From sequence record SRR20825006_1155: a stretch of 50,418 nucleotides of DNA. One strand, given 5' to 3'. Below, piece after piece: positions 10,801-18,093 of the stretch (positions are counted from its first letter, which is position 1; each line of letters opens with the position of its first letter). Under the pieces are notes generated by a model. It was not told the origin of the DNA, searched no databases, and was given only the letters and a program-made list of their open reading frames with translations. Made by a program: the position numbers and the translations under genes.

Positions 10801-11004
10801 GGGTACGATGGCGTCGTAGTGTTTGATCGCTGTTTTTGGCAGCCCTTTTTCCAACGCTTCTTTCGCGGCGTCAAATTGCTGTTTCCGCCATGAGGCATCT
10901 TGTTTGGGTTCAGCGGCCATGGAGAGTCTCAGGGGTAAATAGAGCAACCCGAGCAACAGACTCAGAACAACAACGACGTAAGTCACGGTACGAAATTGCC
11001 GCAT
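4873..11004 (-). CDS. Bacterial alpha-2-macroglobulin family protein (2043 aa)
   Basis: MG2 signature FFTDRAIYRPGQ and EEYKRPKFEV. A2M domain RKNLNETAFFFP...MPEALTRW. Thioester motif YPHECSEQ and C-terminal ESMYAP. Confidence 0.95.
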   Translation of the reverse strand: MRQFRTVTYVVVVLSLLLGLLYLPLRLSMAAEPKQDASWRKQQFDAAKEALEKGLPKTAIKHYDAIVPAAIAEEDHDDAILAMGMRASLRGQLDGGGAEDRILHLQEDLAAAPEAAKPLLQAVLASWFYSYQQQNQWRFQNRTEIETREDDTAPIKSADDLKTWSAQRIIRHAGGLFDQALENAETLQTTELTSIQRLITGGNAPESYRPTVYDFLVNQAIDHFVDAHSIYSGPIERFELEANSPILDPVADFLGWEIPETDLESPLRRATELMQDWVQFRQSKADEQQDAFLDANWNRLRFAEQNAVGTTKDERSQTAMQRFLSENANHPISTRASFQLAQKEMGQEEFVRAHQIAKTAVSAHPDSFGGRQCAALIEQIEAPQLNIATERVWNPVLAESAQAEIEISYKNITQVHFRLVPMSFDQLLSSGQMVQNNEHDWLRKFGEEPAVQQWSVDLKETADFKTSVHRIDVPKDLAKGSYMLIASVNKDFVWKENYLAGKQVWVSELALVTDGRWNQGTLEGHVLDSNTGEPIPQATVAVWTWVNDGQRRNNFNNGYRYRSLPSLTTDQNGRFELKAEKGANLNNLLLLAQNGKDRLPAQQHHSIRPTRTSNQLSGRTVFFTDRAIYRPGQTLRFKAIATTYDQSKNLYETHNRKSLQVQLFDPNNQVVETLDLTTNDRGSCHGSFHLPTSGLTGQMRLVVREFPRGTATVRVEEYKRPKFEVTLDAPKDPVRLEESVTVSGRATAYTGAAINDATVRYTVVRQVQYPIWWGWRCWWIPTPPAEPQTIVQGETTTDELGRFDVSFDAVPDASVDRDSEPTFRYVITADVVDTTGETRSDKRTVTAGYTTMSARMSVARPDWLTEQEPVDIQVHTTSLDGEAQAAEVKIEVWSLKAPEVVPQPRWGAYQPLPADADGEAKRVRPEDPNSWPLDELQSSKTLQTDANGHGSWEVSLPKGHYRAVLSAVDSAGNSVSALLPLRVFDPKADQLGLPIASLFVTPQSQWEPGETFTAVWGSGYEDAKALVEVEHRGEILQQYWTSGDKTQIEITQAIDESMRGGFVVRVMMVHENRLHLHQQIVNVPWTNKDWSIRWGRFVSKLKPGAEETWTAVIEPKVVDESTKAKQDSIMEMVATLYDASLDVFAKHRFATGFNVFYRDRSTRSPYLNNGWQGLTTVVMWSHRSYPGGELSYPDWVSELQLNQFYGRPMPMARGMAFAESDMMMADGAMAASAPMRKQAAPLMVGGSEITSDSEEADDAPPESNGPEIDLSGIPPRKNLNETAFFFPELIADENGAVKMKFTMPEALTRWQLLGFAHGANLASGTISGTAVTSKDLMVQPNPPRTLREGDEIELTVKVSNQSAATQTGVVALNLSSAASGESVDAQVGNSQPKQSFEIPAGQSKTFSWRIQVPDGIGYLVYKAVGSTGRLSDGEEGYLPVLTRRVLVHESISLPIDGAETKTFKLPKLLEGNSDTLSSESLTIQMTSNPAWYAVMALPYLMEYPHECSEQTFHRLYANLLARHIATSDPRIQRVFEQWRNQPEAAGRVTLDSPLAQNEELKSIALTETPWVLQSKSESEARRNVGILFDTNRVNDQADRLTRRLIELQKEDGSFAWFDGGPSNDTITMLIVTGFGRLQHLGVEVDMQVAMKALKHLDAYATKLYERIKPENRSKAHVSPTVAMLLYGRSFYKDQPTAPEHKEAVEYWTNQLAEHWLSLSSRMSQGHAAIALHRLGRLNEAKGIVASLIERSVVDEQGMHWNDANSGWWWHQAPIETQAMMIEVLDEVAGDLQRVELCQAWLLRQKETQSWETTKSTADAVYALLLRGTDKLASDEVVDIAVGQQEVPKGNVEAGTGFYQHRFSADEITPEMGSIQVKKTTSGIAWGGVHWQYFENIENITPHDGTPLQIEKQLFVVRATDSGPVLRPIGDEPVRVGDELVSRLIIRSDRDMEFLHLRDHRGSGTEPINVLSQYRRQDALGYYQSTRDAAEHFFIGYLRKGTYVLESRCRVQLRGNYQTGMASIESMYAPQYNSHSESHALEVK

Positions 11005-11068
11005 AGCGGATCACCTCAAGAAGCTGCAAAGAAAAGACACTGCCACTCAGGGTAACGATTGAACGAGC

Positions 11069-11914
11069 ATGTTATTAGGCGGAAAGTTTTGGATCGTCGC
11101 ATGGTTCTTTTTAGCCGCCCTGGTGTACAGCAGCGCAGGCTTCGGCGGAGGGTCCACGTACACCGCGTTGCTAGTACTCAACGATGTTGATCATCGCGTT
11201 TTGCCGATGCTTTCGTTGGCTTGCAATTTGTTGGTGGTTTCGGGCGCCTGCCTGCGTTTCACGCAACAACAGCAAATGCCTTGGTCACGATGTGTCCCTC
11301 TGGTGATTGGGTCCGTTCCAATGGCCTGGGTCGGCGGATCGGTTCCCCTGGACCGGGATGTGTTTGTGCCTCTTTTGTCGGGCACGCTGATCGTCGCTGG
11401 TGTGTTGCTCTTGCTGGGCGGCCGAAGGAATCGCGAGGTGGATGCTGCAGCAGTGCAGAATGGATCCGAGCAGCCTGCGCTCGCGAATCAGTCTTGCACC
11501 ATTTCAATGAAATTCGGGTGGAGATTCGATGTGATTTGGCAGACGGTCCTGGGCGCTGGGCTGGGGTTGCTTGCAGGACTGGTTGGCATCGGAGGAGGCA
11601 TTTTTTTGTCGCCCGTGCTGCATCTGACTCGTTGGAGTCACGCTCGCGACATCGCCGCGACCAGTTCGTTGTTCATCCTGGTCAACTCGTTGGCGGGATT
11701 GGTCGGGCAAGCCAGCAAGCATGGTTGGTCCGTCAGCGAAATCATGACGGAGTTTCAAACGCATGCTCCGTGGTGGCCGTGGCTGTTTGTCAGCGTCTTG
11801 ATTGGAGGCCAGATCGGAAACCGAGCCGCGGCGAGTTGGTTGTCCCACCTCACTCTCCGCCGAATCACCGCCGTGATCGTGCTGGCGGCGGGCATTCGCC
11901 TGGGCTGGATGTAG
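11069..11914 (+). CDS. Sulfite exporter TauE/SafE family membrane protein
   Basis: Duplicated Gly-rich motifs SSAGFGGG and GLVGIGGGIFLSP. About 8 hydrophobic helices. Confidence 0.9.
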   Translation: MLLGGKFWIVAWFFLAALVYSSAGFGGGSTYTALLVLNDVDHRVLPMLSLACNLLVVSGACLRFTQQQQMPWSRCVPLVIGSVPMAWVGGSVPLDRDVFVPLLSGTLIVAGVLLLLGGRRNREVDAAAVQNGSEQPALANQSCTISMKFGWRFDVIWQTVLGAGLGLLAGLVGIGGGIFLSPVLHLTRWSHARDIAATSSLFILVNSLAGLVGQASKHGWSVSEIMTEFQTHAPWWPWLFVSVLIGGQIGNRAAASWLSHLTLRRITAVIVLAAGIRLGWM

Positions 11915-11932
11915 GCAAAAGTGGGATAGGTT

Positions 11933-13120
11933 TCAACCAACCAACTTCTGGTGCGATGCGATCAGTTGATCTGCAGCGGAGTTGATTTCGTCGGCTGTGT
12001 TGAATCGCCCGACACCGAACCGCACGCTTCGGCGAGCTTCCGATTCGGTCAGCCCCATCGCCAGAAGCACGTGACTGGGAAGAGCCTCGGTGCTGCTGCA
12101 CGCCGATCCACTGCTGAATGCGACTTCCGGAGTGGCGGCCATCCAAGCTTCGCCTTCCACATCCCGCAAACGCACGTTCAGATTGCCTGGCAAGCGAACC
12201 GACGAATCGTCATGCCAATTGGCACCATTGAGTTGCAAACCATCAATCGATTCGTGCAGGCGTCCCCAAAGCAATTCACGCAGTGTAAGAATCCGCGAGG
12301 TATCGCTTTCCATTTCATCGATTGCGATTCGCAGTGCCGTTGCCATTGCGACGATGCTGGCGGGATTGAGCGTTCCACCACGAAGCCCTCGTTGTTGGCC
12401 ACCGCCGACGATTTGGGGACGCAGTCGCACGCGTCGGTTGCCGTTGCCAACGACCAGGAAACCAGTGCTTTTAGGCCCATAGAATTTGTGTGCCGACGCG
12501 GTCAGCAAATCAACGTCCGACGCGAGCGCGTCCACCGGCAATCGCCCGACCGCTTGGGTCGCATCGCAGTGCAGCAGTGCGCCTGCTTCGTGAGTGATTT
12601 CCGCGATCGTTTTGATCGGCGCGACGGAGCCAATTTCATTGTTTGCCCACATGATCGAAACCAATGCGGTCTGATCGTTGACCGCGGCACGCAACTGATC
12701 CAAGTCGACTTGTCCGGCCGAGGGATGATCGTGTGGATGGACTCCGACGCGAATGATTTCGATGGGCTGACCGCTAGCAGAAAGCTGCTTGGACAAATCG
12801 CCTGCCACTTCCAAAACCGCTGGATGTTCGGTTTCGCAAACAACCACTTGGTGTCGTTTGCAACGCGGGTGCATCAACACACCTCGCATGGCCAGGTTGA
12901 TGCTCTCGGTGGCGCCAGACGTGATGACAACGCTTTCGCGGGGAGCATTCAGGATTGCCGCCATGGAATCGATCGATTGGTCAATCGCTCGGCGAACTTC
13001 ACGTCCGGCTTCGTGAGAATCACTGTGCGGGTTGCCAAAGTGCTGCGTCAGATAGGGCAACATTGCCTCCACGACGCGAGGGTCGCAAGGCGTCGTCGCA
13101 TGATGGTCGAGATAGATCAT
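11933..13120 (-). CDS. iscS: Cysteine desulfurase (IscS/NifS-like, PLP-dependent)
   Basis: MIYLDHHATTP, FGNPHS, TSGATES, HCDATQ, SAHKFYGPK (PLP lysine) and SSGSACSS (catalytic Cys). Confidence 0.9.
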   Translation of the reverse strand: MIYLDHHATTPCDPRVVEAMLPYLTQHFGNPHSDSHEAGREVRRAIDQSIDSMAAILNAPRESVVITSGATESINLAMRGVLMHPRCKRHQVVVCETEHPAVLEVAGDLSKQLSASGQPIEIIRVGVHPHDHPSAGQVDLDQLRAAVNDQTALVSIMWANNEIGSVAPIKTIAEITHEAGALLHCDATQAVGRLPVDALASDVDLLTASAHKFYGPKSTGFLVVGNGNRRVRLRPQIVGGGQQRGLRGGTLNPASIVAMATALRIAIDEMESDTSRILTLRELLWGRLHESIDGLQLNGANWHDDSSVRLPGNLNVRLRDVEGEAWMAATPEVAFSSGSACSSTEALPSHVLLAMGLTESEARRSVRFGVGRFNTADEINSAADQLIASHQKLVG

Positions 13121-13146
13121 CGGAAACCGCGGTTTGGAATCGTCAG

Positions 13147-14388
13147 CTAGCGAAGCGTTTTGCCGCTTGGTAGCGACGCTTGTTGCACAACGGCTTGATC
13201 CAGCGTCGCTTGATTTGCAATCGGGGATCCCTCCAGTGCCGAGAACTCTGCGTACACCGGCAAGTAACTGGACACGGTTTGTGCTTCGGAAAGGCTGAGA
13301 TTGTACACACGCAAGAAGTCATAGACCCCGCCGCGACCGATCGCTTCGGCAGTTGATTTGAAATCAAACACGATGTTCTCGGTTTGATGCCGGCCAAAGA
13401 TATCGGTGGGCGTGCTGGACACCGCGGCACGGACCGAGCGTCCCGCGATTGTGGGCAACAGATACGCATCGTCGGCCTGGAACAATCCCATCATCAAGAT
13501 GTCGTCTTCGCCGCGGCCATCGTCCCGGATGGAATCGAACAGCTGCCCCAGCAAAGCGACTTCACTGGGAGCACGTCCCAAATCGATTCTCACATTGGCA
13601 ACCGTGAACGTCCACGCCCGCGATGCACTTGGTTGGGCTGCACGAAACCATGCCACCAACGGGTCATACAGCATTTGCTGGTCAGGATCAGCGACCGTGT
13701 AAGTTTGGGTTCGATCCACACGAATGCGATCAGGACGGAACAAAATCACCATCTGCTCGCCGCGTTCGGCGGGACCGGTTGGTCCACCAAGCACGTAGTC
13801 GTAGACCGGACCTCCATTGCCGAGCGAACTTTCGTTGATCGCATCGACCATTCGTGGAACGAGATCTTGGTGCACAGACGAAACTTGTTGCAACGCGACC
13901 ATGTCGAACTGACGAACGACGCGAATCAAATTCATTCGGCAAATATTGCTGGCCAACTTCGTCGGACCAAATCCGTCCAGCGACCATGAAGCGATGCGAA
14001 GATTCTTGAACTGAGCAGGACGCTTTGCAGAGATCTGCTCGGCCGGCGCAGAACCATTGCCGTCGTAAACCGGATTCCCCCAGGCACGATCAGCCGTCGA
14101 CGGGCCCGATCGCAACATGTCGCTGGGACTGTAGATCACCGGGTCGGCCTCGATGGGATTGCCCGATTCGTCGACCGGCCAGTCCAACGATTCGCGAGCG
14201 TCGGTGGAAGAAGTGAACGTGAATGGATCGTCGAGTTTCTCCCAGGCGAATTCCGCCTTGGGTTTGATCGCGACTCCGTCCAATCCGTCGATGTTGTAAT
14301 GTTTGAAGAAGTACCATCCCCCGCCGATCAACAACACGACGATCAAAGCCATTTGAATCGGATGGCCTTTCTCGGGTGCATCGGACAT
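13147..14388 (-). CDS. Membrane-anchored DNase I-like endonuclease/exonuclease/phosphatase-fold protein, apparently lacking catalytic residues
   Basis: N-terminal TM segment (ALIVVLLIGGGWYFF). DNase I-like scaffold LRIASW...FG, VRQFDMVALQQV, P.VAWFR, DDILMMG and YLPVYAEF. Start uncertain (ORF track begins at 14556). Confidence 0.8.
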   Translation of the reverse strand: MSDAPEKGHPIQMALIVVLLIGGGWYFFKHYNIDGLDGVAIKPKAEFAWEKLDDPFTFTSSTDARESLDWPVDESGNPIEADPVIYSPSDMLRSGPSTADRAWGNPVYDGNGSAPAEQISAKRPAQFKNLRIASWSLDGFGPTKLASNICRMNLIRVVRQFDMVALQQVSSVHQDLVPRMVDAINESSLGNGGPVYDYVLGGPTGPAERGEQMVILFRPDRIRVDRTQTYTVADPDQQMLYDPLVAWFRAAQPSASRAWTFTVANVRIDLGRAPSEVALLGQLFDSIRDDGRGEDDILMMGLFQADDAYLLPTIAGRSVRAAVSSTPTDIFGRHQTENIVFDFKSTAEAIGRGGVYDFLRVYNLSLSEAQTVSSYLPVYAEFSALEGSPIANQATLDQAVVQQASLPSGKTLR

Positions 14389-14718
14389 GACTGCCTCCGG
14401 GACTTTTGGGGCGGATGTGGGGCGAAAAACGTACTTCAGGGCATGCTTCTGTTCGTGGCGAACCAATTCAATCGGCCACCATCGTTTTGAATCGGCGCCC
14501 ACATCGTTGCAGCCCAAAAAAAGGACACTGATCCCCCCCTCCCTCACAACCGGCAAACTTCCTGGGGTGCTGGTCGAGACATTGCCCAGAAACCTTGGTC
14601 AATCTTCGATCCCGAAGGAGCCAAACACCTGTTACGCGGCTGACACTGTGCGATCGGCTCGTTATTCTGGTTGCTCGTACCGTCCCAGCTTTTTCTATCA
14701 AGTGGTTGAAACGTTCCC

Positions 14719-16026
14719 GTGAGCGACATCATTCCCGTCGAAGTTCCTACCGTTGGCGAGTCGATCAGCGAAGTGCAAATCGGCAATTGGCTCAAACAAG
14801 AAGGCGACTGGGTCAAAAGCGGCGAAGACCTCGTCGAAATTGAAACAGAAAAAGCGTCGGTGCAAATCCCCGCTCCCGCCAGCGGATACTTGCAGTCGAT
14901 CACCAAACAATCCGACGAATTCGCAGAAGTCGGCCAACAAATCGCCTCGATCCAAGTCGCTGAACAACCCGCTGGCGGCGACGGCGGATCCTCCAACGGC
15001 GGTTCGGCTCCCGCAGCCGGAAACACCGCTTCGGCACCTGCCCCGACGGCATCAGCGCCGGCACCATCCAGTCCAGCCAAGAGCGGCGGCGGATTTGTCA
15101 TGCCCGCTGCACAGCGAGTGCTCGACGAACACAAACTGGACGCATCGCAAGTTCCCGCGACCGGCCCCGGTGGTCGGTTGTTGAAGGAAGACGTGCTGGC
15201 CTACATCCGCAACGGATCTTCGCGACCCGCGCCCGCCGCACCACCGGCTGCTCCCACCGCACCAGCTGCTCCGACACAGCAAATGTCTTCACCTGAAACT
15301 GCATCGCTGATGACCAGCGGTGGCTACCGATCCGAAGAAGTCAAGCCGATGAGCATGCTGCGTCGCACAATCGCGTCGCGACTCGTCCAGGCTCAGCAAA
15401 CCGCCGCTTTGTTGACCACATTCAATGAGATCAACATGGCACCCGTCATGGCGATCCGCAGCAAATACAAAGACGCTTTCGCGAAGAAGCACGGCGTCAA
15501 GCTTGGCTTCATGTCGTTCTTTGCAAAAGCGACCGTCGAAGCCCTCCGACGTTATCCCGCCGTCAACGCGGAAATCCGCGGCGACTCGATGGTCTATCGC
15601 AACTACCAAGACATCGGCATCGCAATCGGTGGTGGCAAAGGCTTGGTCGTTCCGGTCCTTCGCAACGTGGAACGCATGTCGTTTGCCGAAGTCGAAGGCA
15701 GCATTGCCGAGTACGCTCGTCTGGCCGGCGAAAACCGATTGCAACCAAGCGACTTGATGGGCGGCACGTTCACGATCAGCAATGGTGGCATCTATGGATC
15801 GCTGCTCAGCACTCCAATCGTCAACCCACCACAAAGCGGCATCTTGGGTTTGCACTCGATCCAAGAACGACCCGTCGCGGAAGATGGCCAAGTCGTCATC
15901 CGCCCAATGATGTACGTGGCGCTGACTTACGATCACCGCATCGTTGACGGTCGCGAAGCGGTTGGCTTTTTGGTCGCGATCAAAGAAACAATCGAAGATC
16001 CAGCTCGATTGTTCTTGGAAGTCTGA
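14719..16026 (+). CDS. sucB: 2-oxoglutarate dehydrogenase E2, dihydrolipoamide succinyltransferase
   Basis: Lipoyl domain (VGESISE..EIETEK), E3-binding domain ([12 protein letters not shown]) and catalytic domain ([14 protein letters not shown]). Confidence 0.96.
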   Translation: MSDIIPVEVPTVGESISEVQIGNWLKQEGDWVKSGEDLVEIETEKASVQIPAPASGYLQSITKQSDEFAEVGQQIASIQVAEQPAGGDGGSSNGGSAPAAGNTASAPAPTASAPAPSSPAKSGGGFVMPAAQRVLDEHKLDASQVPATGPGGRLLKEDVLAYIRNGSSRPAPAAPPAAPTAPAAPTQQMSSPETASLMTSGGYRSEEVKPMSMLRRTIASRLVQAQQTAALLTTFNEINMAPVMAIRSKYKDAFAKKHGVKLGFMSFFAKATVEALRRYPAVNAEIRGDSMVYRNYQDIGIAIGGGKGLVVPVLRNVERMSFAEVEGSIAEYARLAGENRLQPSDLMGGTFTISNGGIYGSLLSTPIVNPPQSGILGLHSIQERPVAEDGQVVIRPMMYVALTYDHRIVDGREAVGFLVAIKETIEDPARLFLEV

Positions 16027-16113
16027 TCAAGCCGCGGGCTTCATCCAGCTCGCACGTTCGACAGAAGGTTGCCCGCGGTTCCTGCCATGGCAACCGGACC
16101 TAACGGCCGTTGC

Positions 16114-16803
16114 TTACTTTTGAAGTCGTTTCACGACTTCGGTGTGGCCGTTGCTGCTAGCAAAGTCAATTGCGGTTTCGCCGTCGATGTCGGCTTTGGT
16201 TGGATCGGCCCCCGCCTCGAGCAACAACTCGACCACCGCCATTTGACCTTCCGCCGCTGCGAACATCAGCGGTGAAAAGTGTTCTTCGCTGTCGACCAAG
16301 TCCACCGCCGCACCGGCGTCGAGCAATAGCTTGACCGTTTCTGCATTGTCAGCGGTGGAGGCATACATCAGTGCGGTACGACCAAACGAATCACGATGGT
16401 CAACTTCGACCTCCTGAGACAAAAACCATTCGACCACCGGTGTGTGACCGTCGAACGCAGCCATTTGCATTGCCGTGCGTTGATGCTCGTCCATCGCCGA
16501 AACATCCACGCCCTGCCCCGCGAGTCGCTTGACACCAGCCAAGTCACCAATCATCGCGGCTTCACGAAACTTGTCTTCGGGTGACTTCTCGGGAAGCGGA
16601 ACATCTTCCGAAGTTGCCATGCCTTCGGGAGCCTGAGGTGCCAGCACATCTTCTCGCTCACGCCGCGGGAAATCCTCCGGTGACAACCGCTTGGATTCGC
16701 ACCCTGAAAGTCCAATGGCCGAACCGAGGATCAAGACGCTCAAGACCGAGGACGGGCGAACGGAAACGCGACGCGTTTGAAGGGAAGAGTATTGCATGGC
16801 CAT
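16114..16803 (-). CDS. Ankyrin-repeat lipoprotein
   Basis: Lipobox-like GLSGC. Several ankyrin repeats (GRTALMYA..., SPLMFAAAEG, GETAIDFA). Confidence 0.88.
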   Translation of the reverse strand: MAMQYSSLQTRRVSVRPSSVLSVLILGSAIGLSGCESKRLSPEDFPRREREDVLAPQAPEGMATSEDVPLPEKSPEDKFREAAMIGDLAGVKRLAGQGVDVSAMDEHQRTAMQMAAFDGHTPVVEWFLSQEVEVDHRDSFGRTALMYASTADNAETVKLLLDAGAAVDLVDSEEHFSPLMFAAAEGQMAVVELLLEAGADPTKADIDGETAIDFASSNGHTEVVKRLQK

Positions 16804-16835
16804 AACATAGTCTCAGCGACTGTGGCCGGCCACGC

Positions 16836-17513
16836 TCACACGCTGAATTGGCGCAGTAGTTCAAGCGGCACGCCGATTGAAATCACGTGAACTTCGCCAG
16901 TGAAACAGGCAGCGTCCAACTTCTCAAAACCGACCTTGGGTGCGGCAAACGTCAGCGTGTGATCGGCCCGAAACGTCGTCTCGCCCGTTTCTCCCGTGTC
17001 GCCGTTCATTCCCGTTGGAATGTCCAAAGCGATTCGAATTGCGGAGCTCGCGTTGGCTGCTTCCACCACCTCAGCGTAGCGTCCTCGAAGCGGTGGCTTG
17101 GCGCCGGTGCCCAGCACGCCATCAACCACGACATCTGTTGCCGGCAAACGTCCAGCTTCGACAGCTTCTCCGACAACCTGAATCTTAATTCCCGCCGCCT
17201 CCGCGATCTTTGCTTGGATGGCAGCGTCGCCTTGCAATTCGTTCGTCGCTGCCATCGCCAGAATCATCACCTCGCGTCCGGCCAACTGCAAATGCCGAGC
17301 GATCGTGAATCCATCGCCACCGTTGTTGCCTTTGCCGCAAAGAATCAGCACGTTGCCCTCAGACGCGAGCTCCTCAATGAGTTCGGCTGCGCCACGCCCC
17401 GCATTTTCCATCAGGATGATGCCGGGCATTTGGAATTGCTCCATCGCCAAAGAATCAATTTCGCGAATCCGCTGGCACGTCATCGGCGGCAACTGCAATA
17501 CCGGTTTCATCAT
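16836..17513 (-). CDS. nnrE: NAD(P)H-hydrate epimerase (YjeF N-terminal domain only)
   Basis: LMENAGRG, CGKGNNGGDG, DGVLGTG, ALDIPTG and TLTFAAPK motifs. Start moved to MMKPV because the ORF-track extension overlaps the divergent FmdB gene. Confidence 0.9.
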   Translation of the reverse strand: MMKPVLQLPPMTCQRIREIDSLAMEQFQMPGIILMENAGRGAAELIEELASEGNVLILCGKGNNGGDGFTIARHLQLAGREVMILAMAATNELQGDAAIQAKIAEAAGIKIQVVGEAVEAGRLPATDVVVDGVLGTGAKPPLRGRYAEVVEAANASSAIRIALDIPTGMNGDTGETGETTFRADHTLTFAAPKVGFEKLDAACFTGEVHVISIGVPLELLRQFSV

Positions 17514-17698
17514 CACATCCATCAAATTTCGAACGAAGCCAGGACGGGCCGAAAGAACTTCGGGACTCATCCGGGATACAAAATACTGCTTCTTCGACCA
17601 TTCCCAGTGGCCTGAACGCCTTCCTTGAGAAACAATGGGGCTGTGGGCGTGGTGCCCACCGTTTTCTCCTTGGATTGTGTTCCTCTCGGATACCGAAG

Positions 17699-17929
17699 AT
17701 GCCTCTGTACGAATACGAATGCAAGTCGTGTGATGATGTGGTTGAGATCCTGGTTCGATCGCCAGGCGAAGAAGTGTCCTGTCCCAAGTGCCGCAACGCT
17801 GAACTGACACGTGTCCTCAGTGTCCCGTCGGCTCCCTCAATGAGCGGCGGCAGTTCGAGCCTGCCGATGGCTGGCGGCGGCGAAGCATGCGGTGCCCCGC
17901 GATGCTGCGGTGGCGGTTGCCAAATGTAG
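17699..17929 (+). CDS. FmdB-family zinc-ribbon protein
   Basis: MPLYEYECKSC ... CPKC ... RVLS with a Cys/Gly-rich C-terminus. Confidence 0.9.
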   Translation: MPLYEYECKSCDDVVEILVRSPGEEVSCPKCRNAELTRVLSVPSAPSMSGGSSSLPMAGGGEACGAPRCCGGGCQM

Positions 17930-18093
17930 CGTGGCTGAAAAGCTTCCCTTTGCAAGCTGCATGAATTCTCAAACGGGGCGTGGAATCGTTTACAATCCAC
18001 GCCCCCATCTGACGCTTTTTGTAGATGCCTGATTGGTGCCCGTGCTTTACCGAGGCATTTCCTGCGGCGTCCCTTCCAGCCAGGAGAGTTTTC

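Noticed and set aside
11069-13120. TauE plus cysteine desulfurase as a sulfur-relay operon
   Set aside because: The genes are convergent rather than co-transcribed, and no sulfur-carrier gene is adjacent. The adjacency may be incidental.
11951-13150. 399-aa plus-strand ORF
   Set aside because: It lies antisense to the clear cysteine desulfurase gene and has no motifs. Typical shadow ORF in GC-rich DNA.
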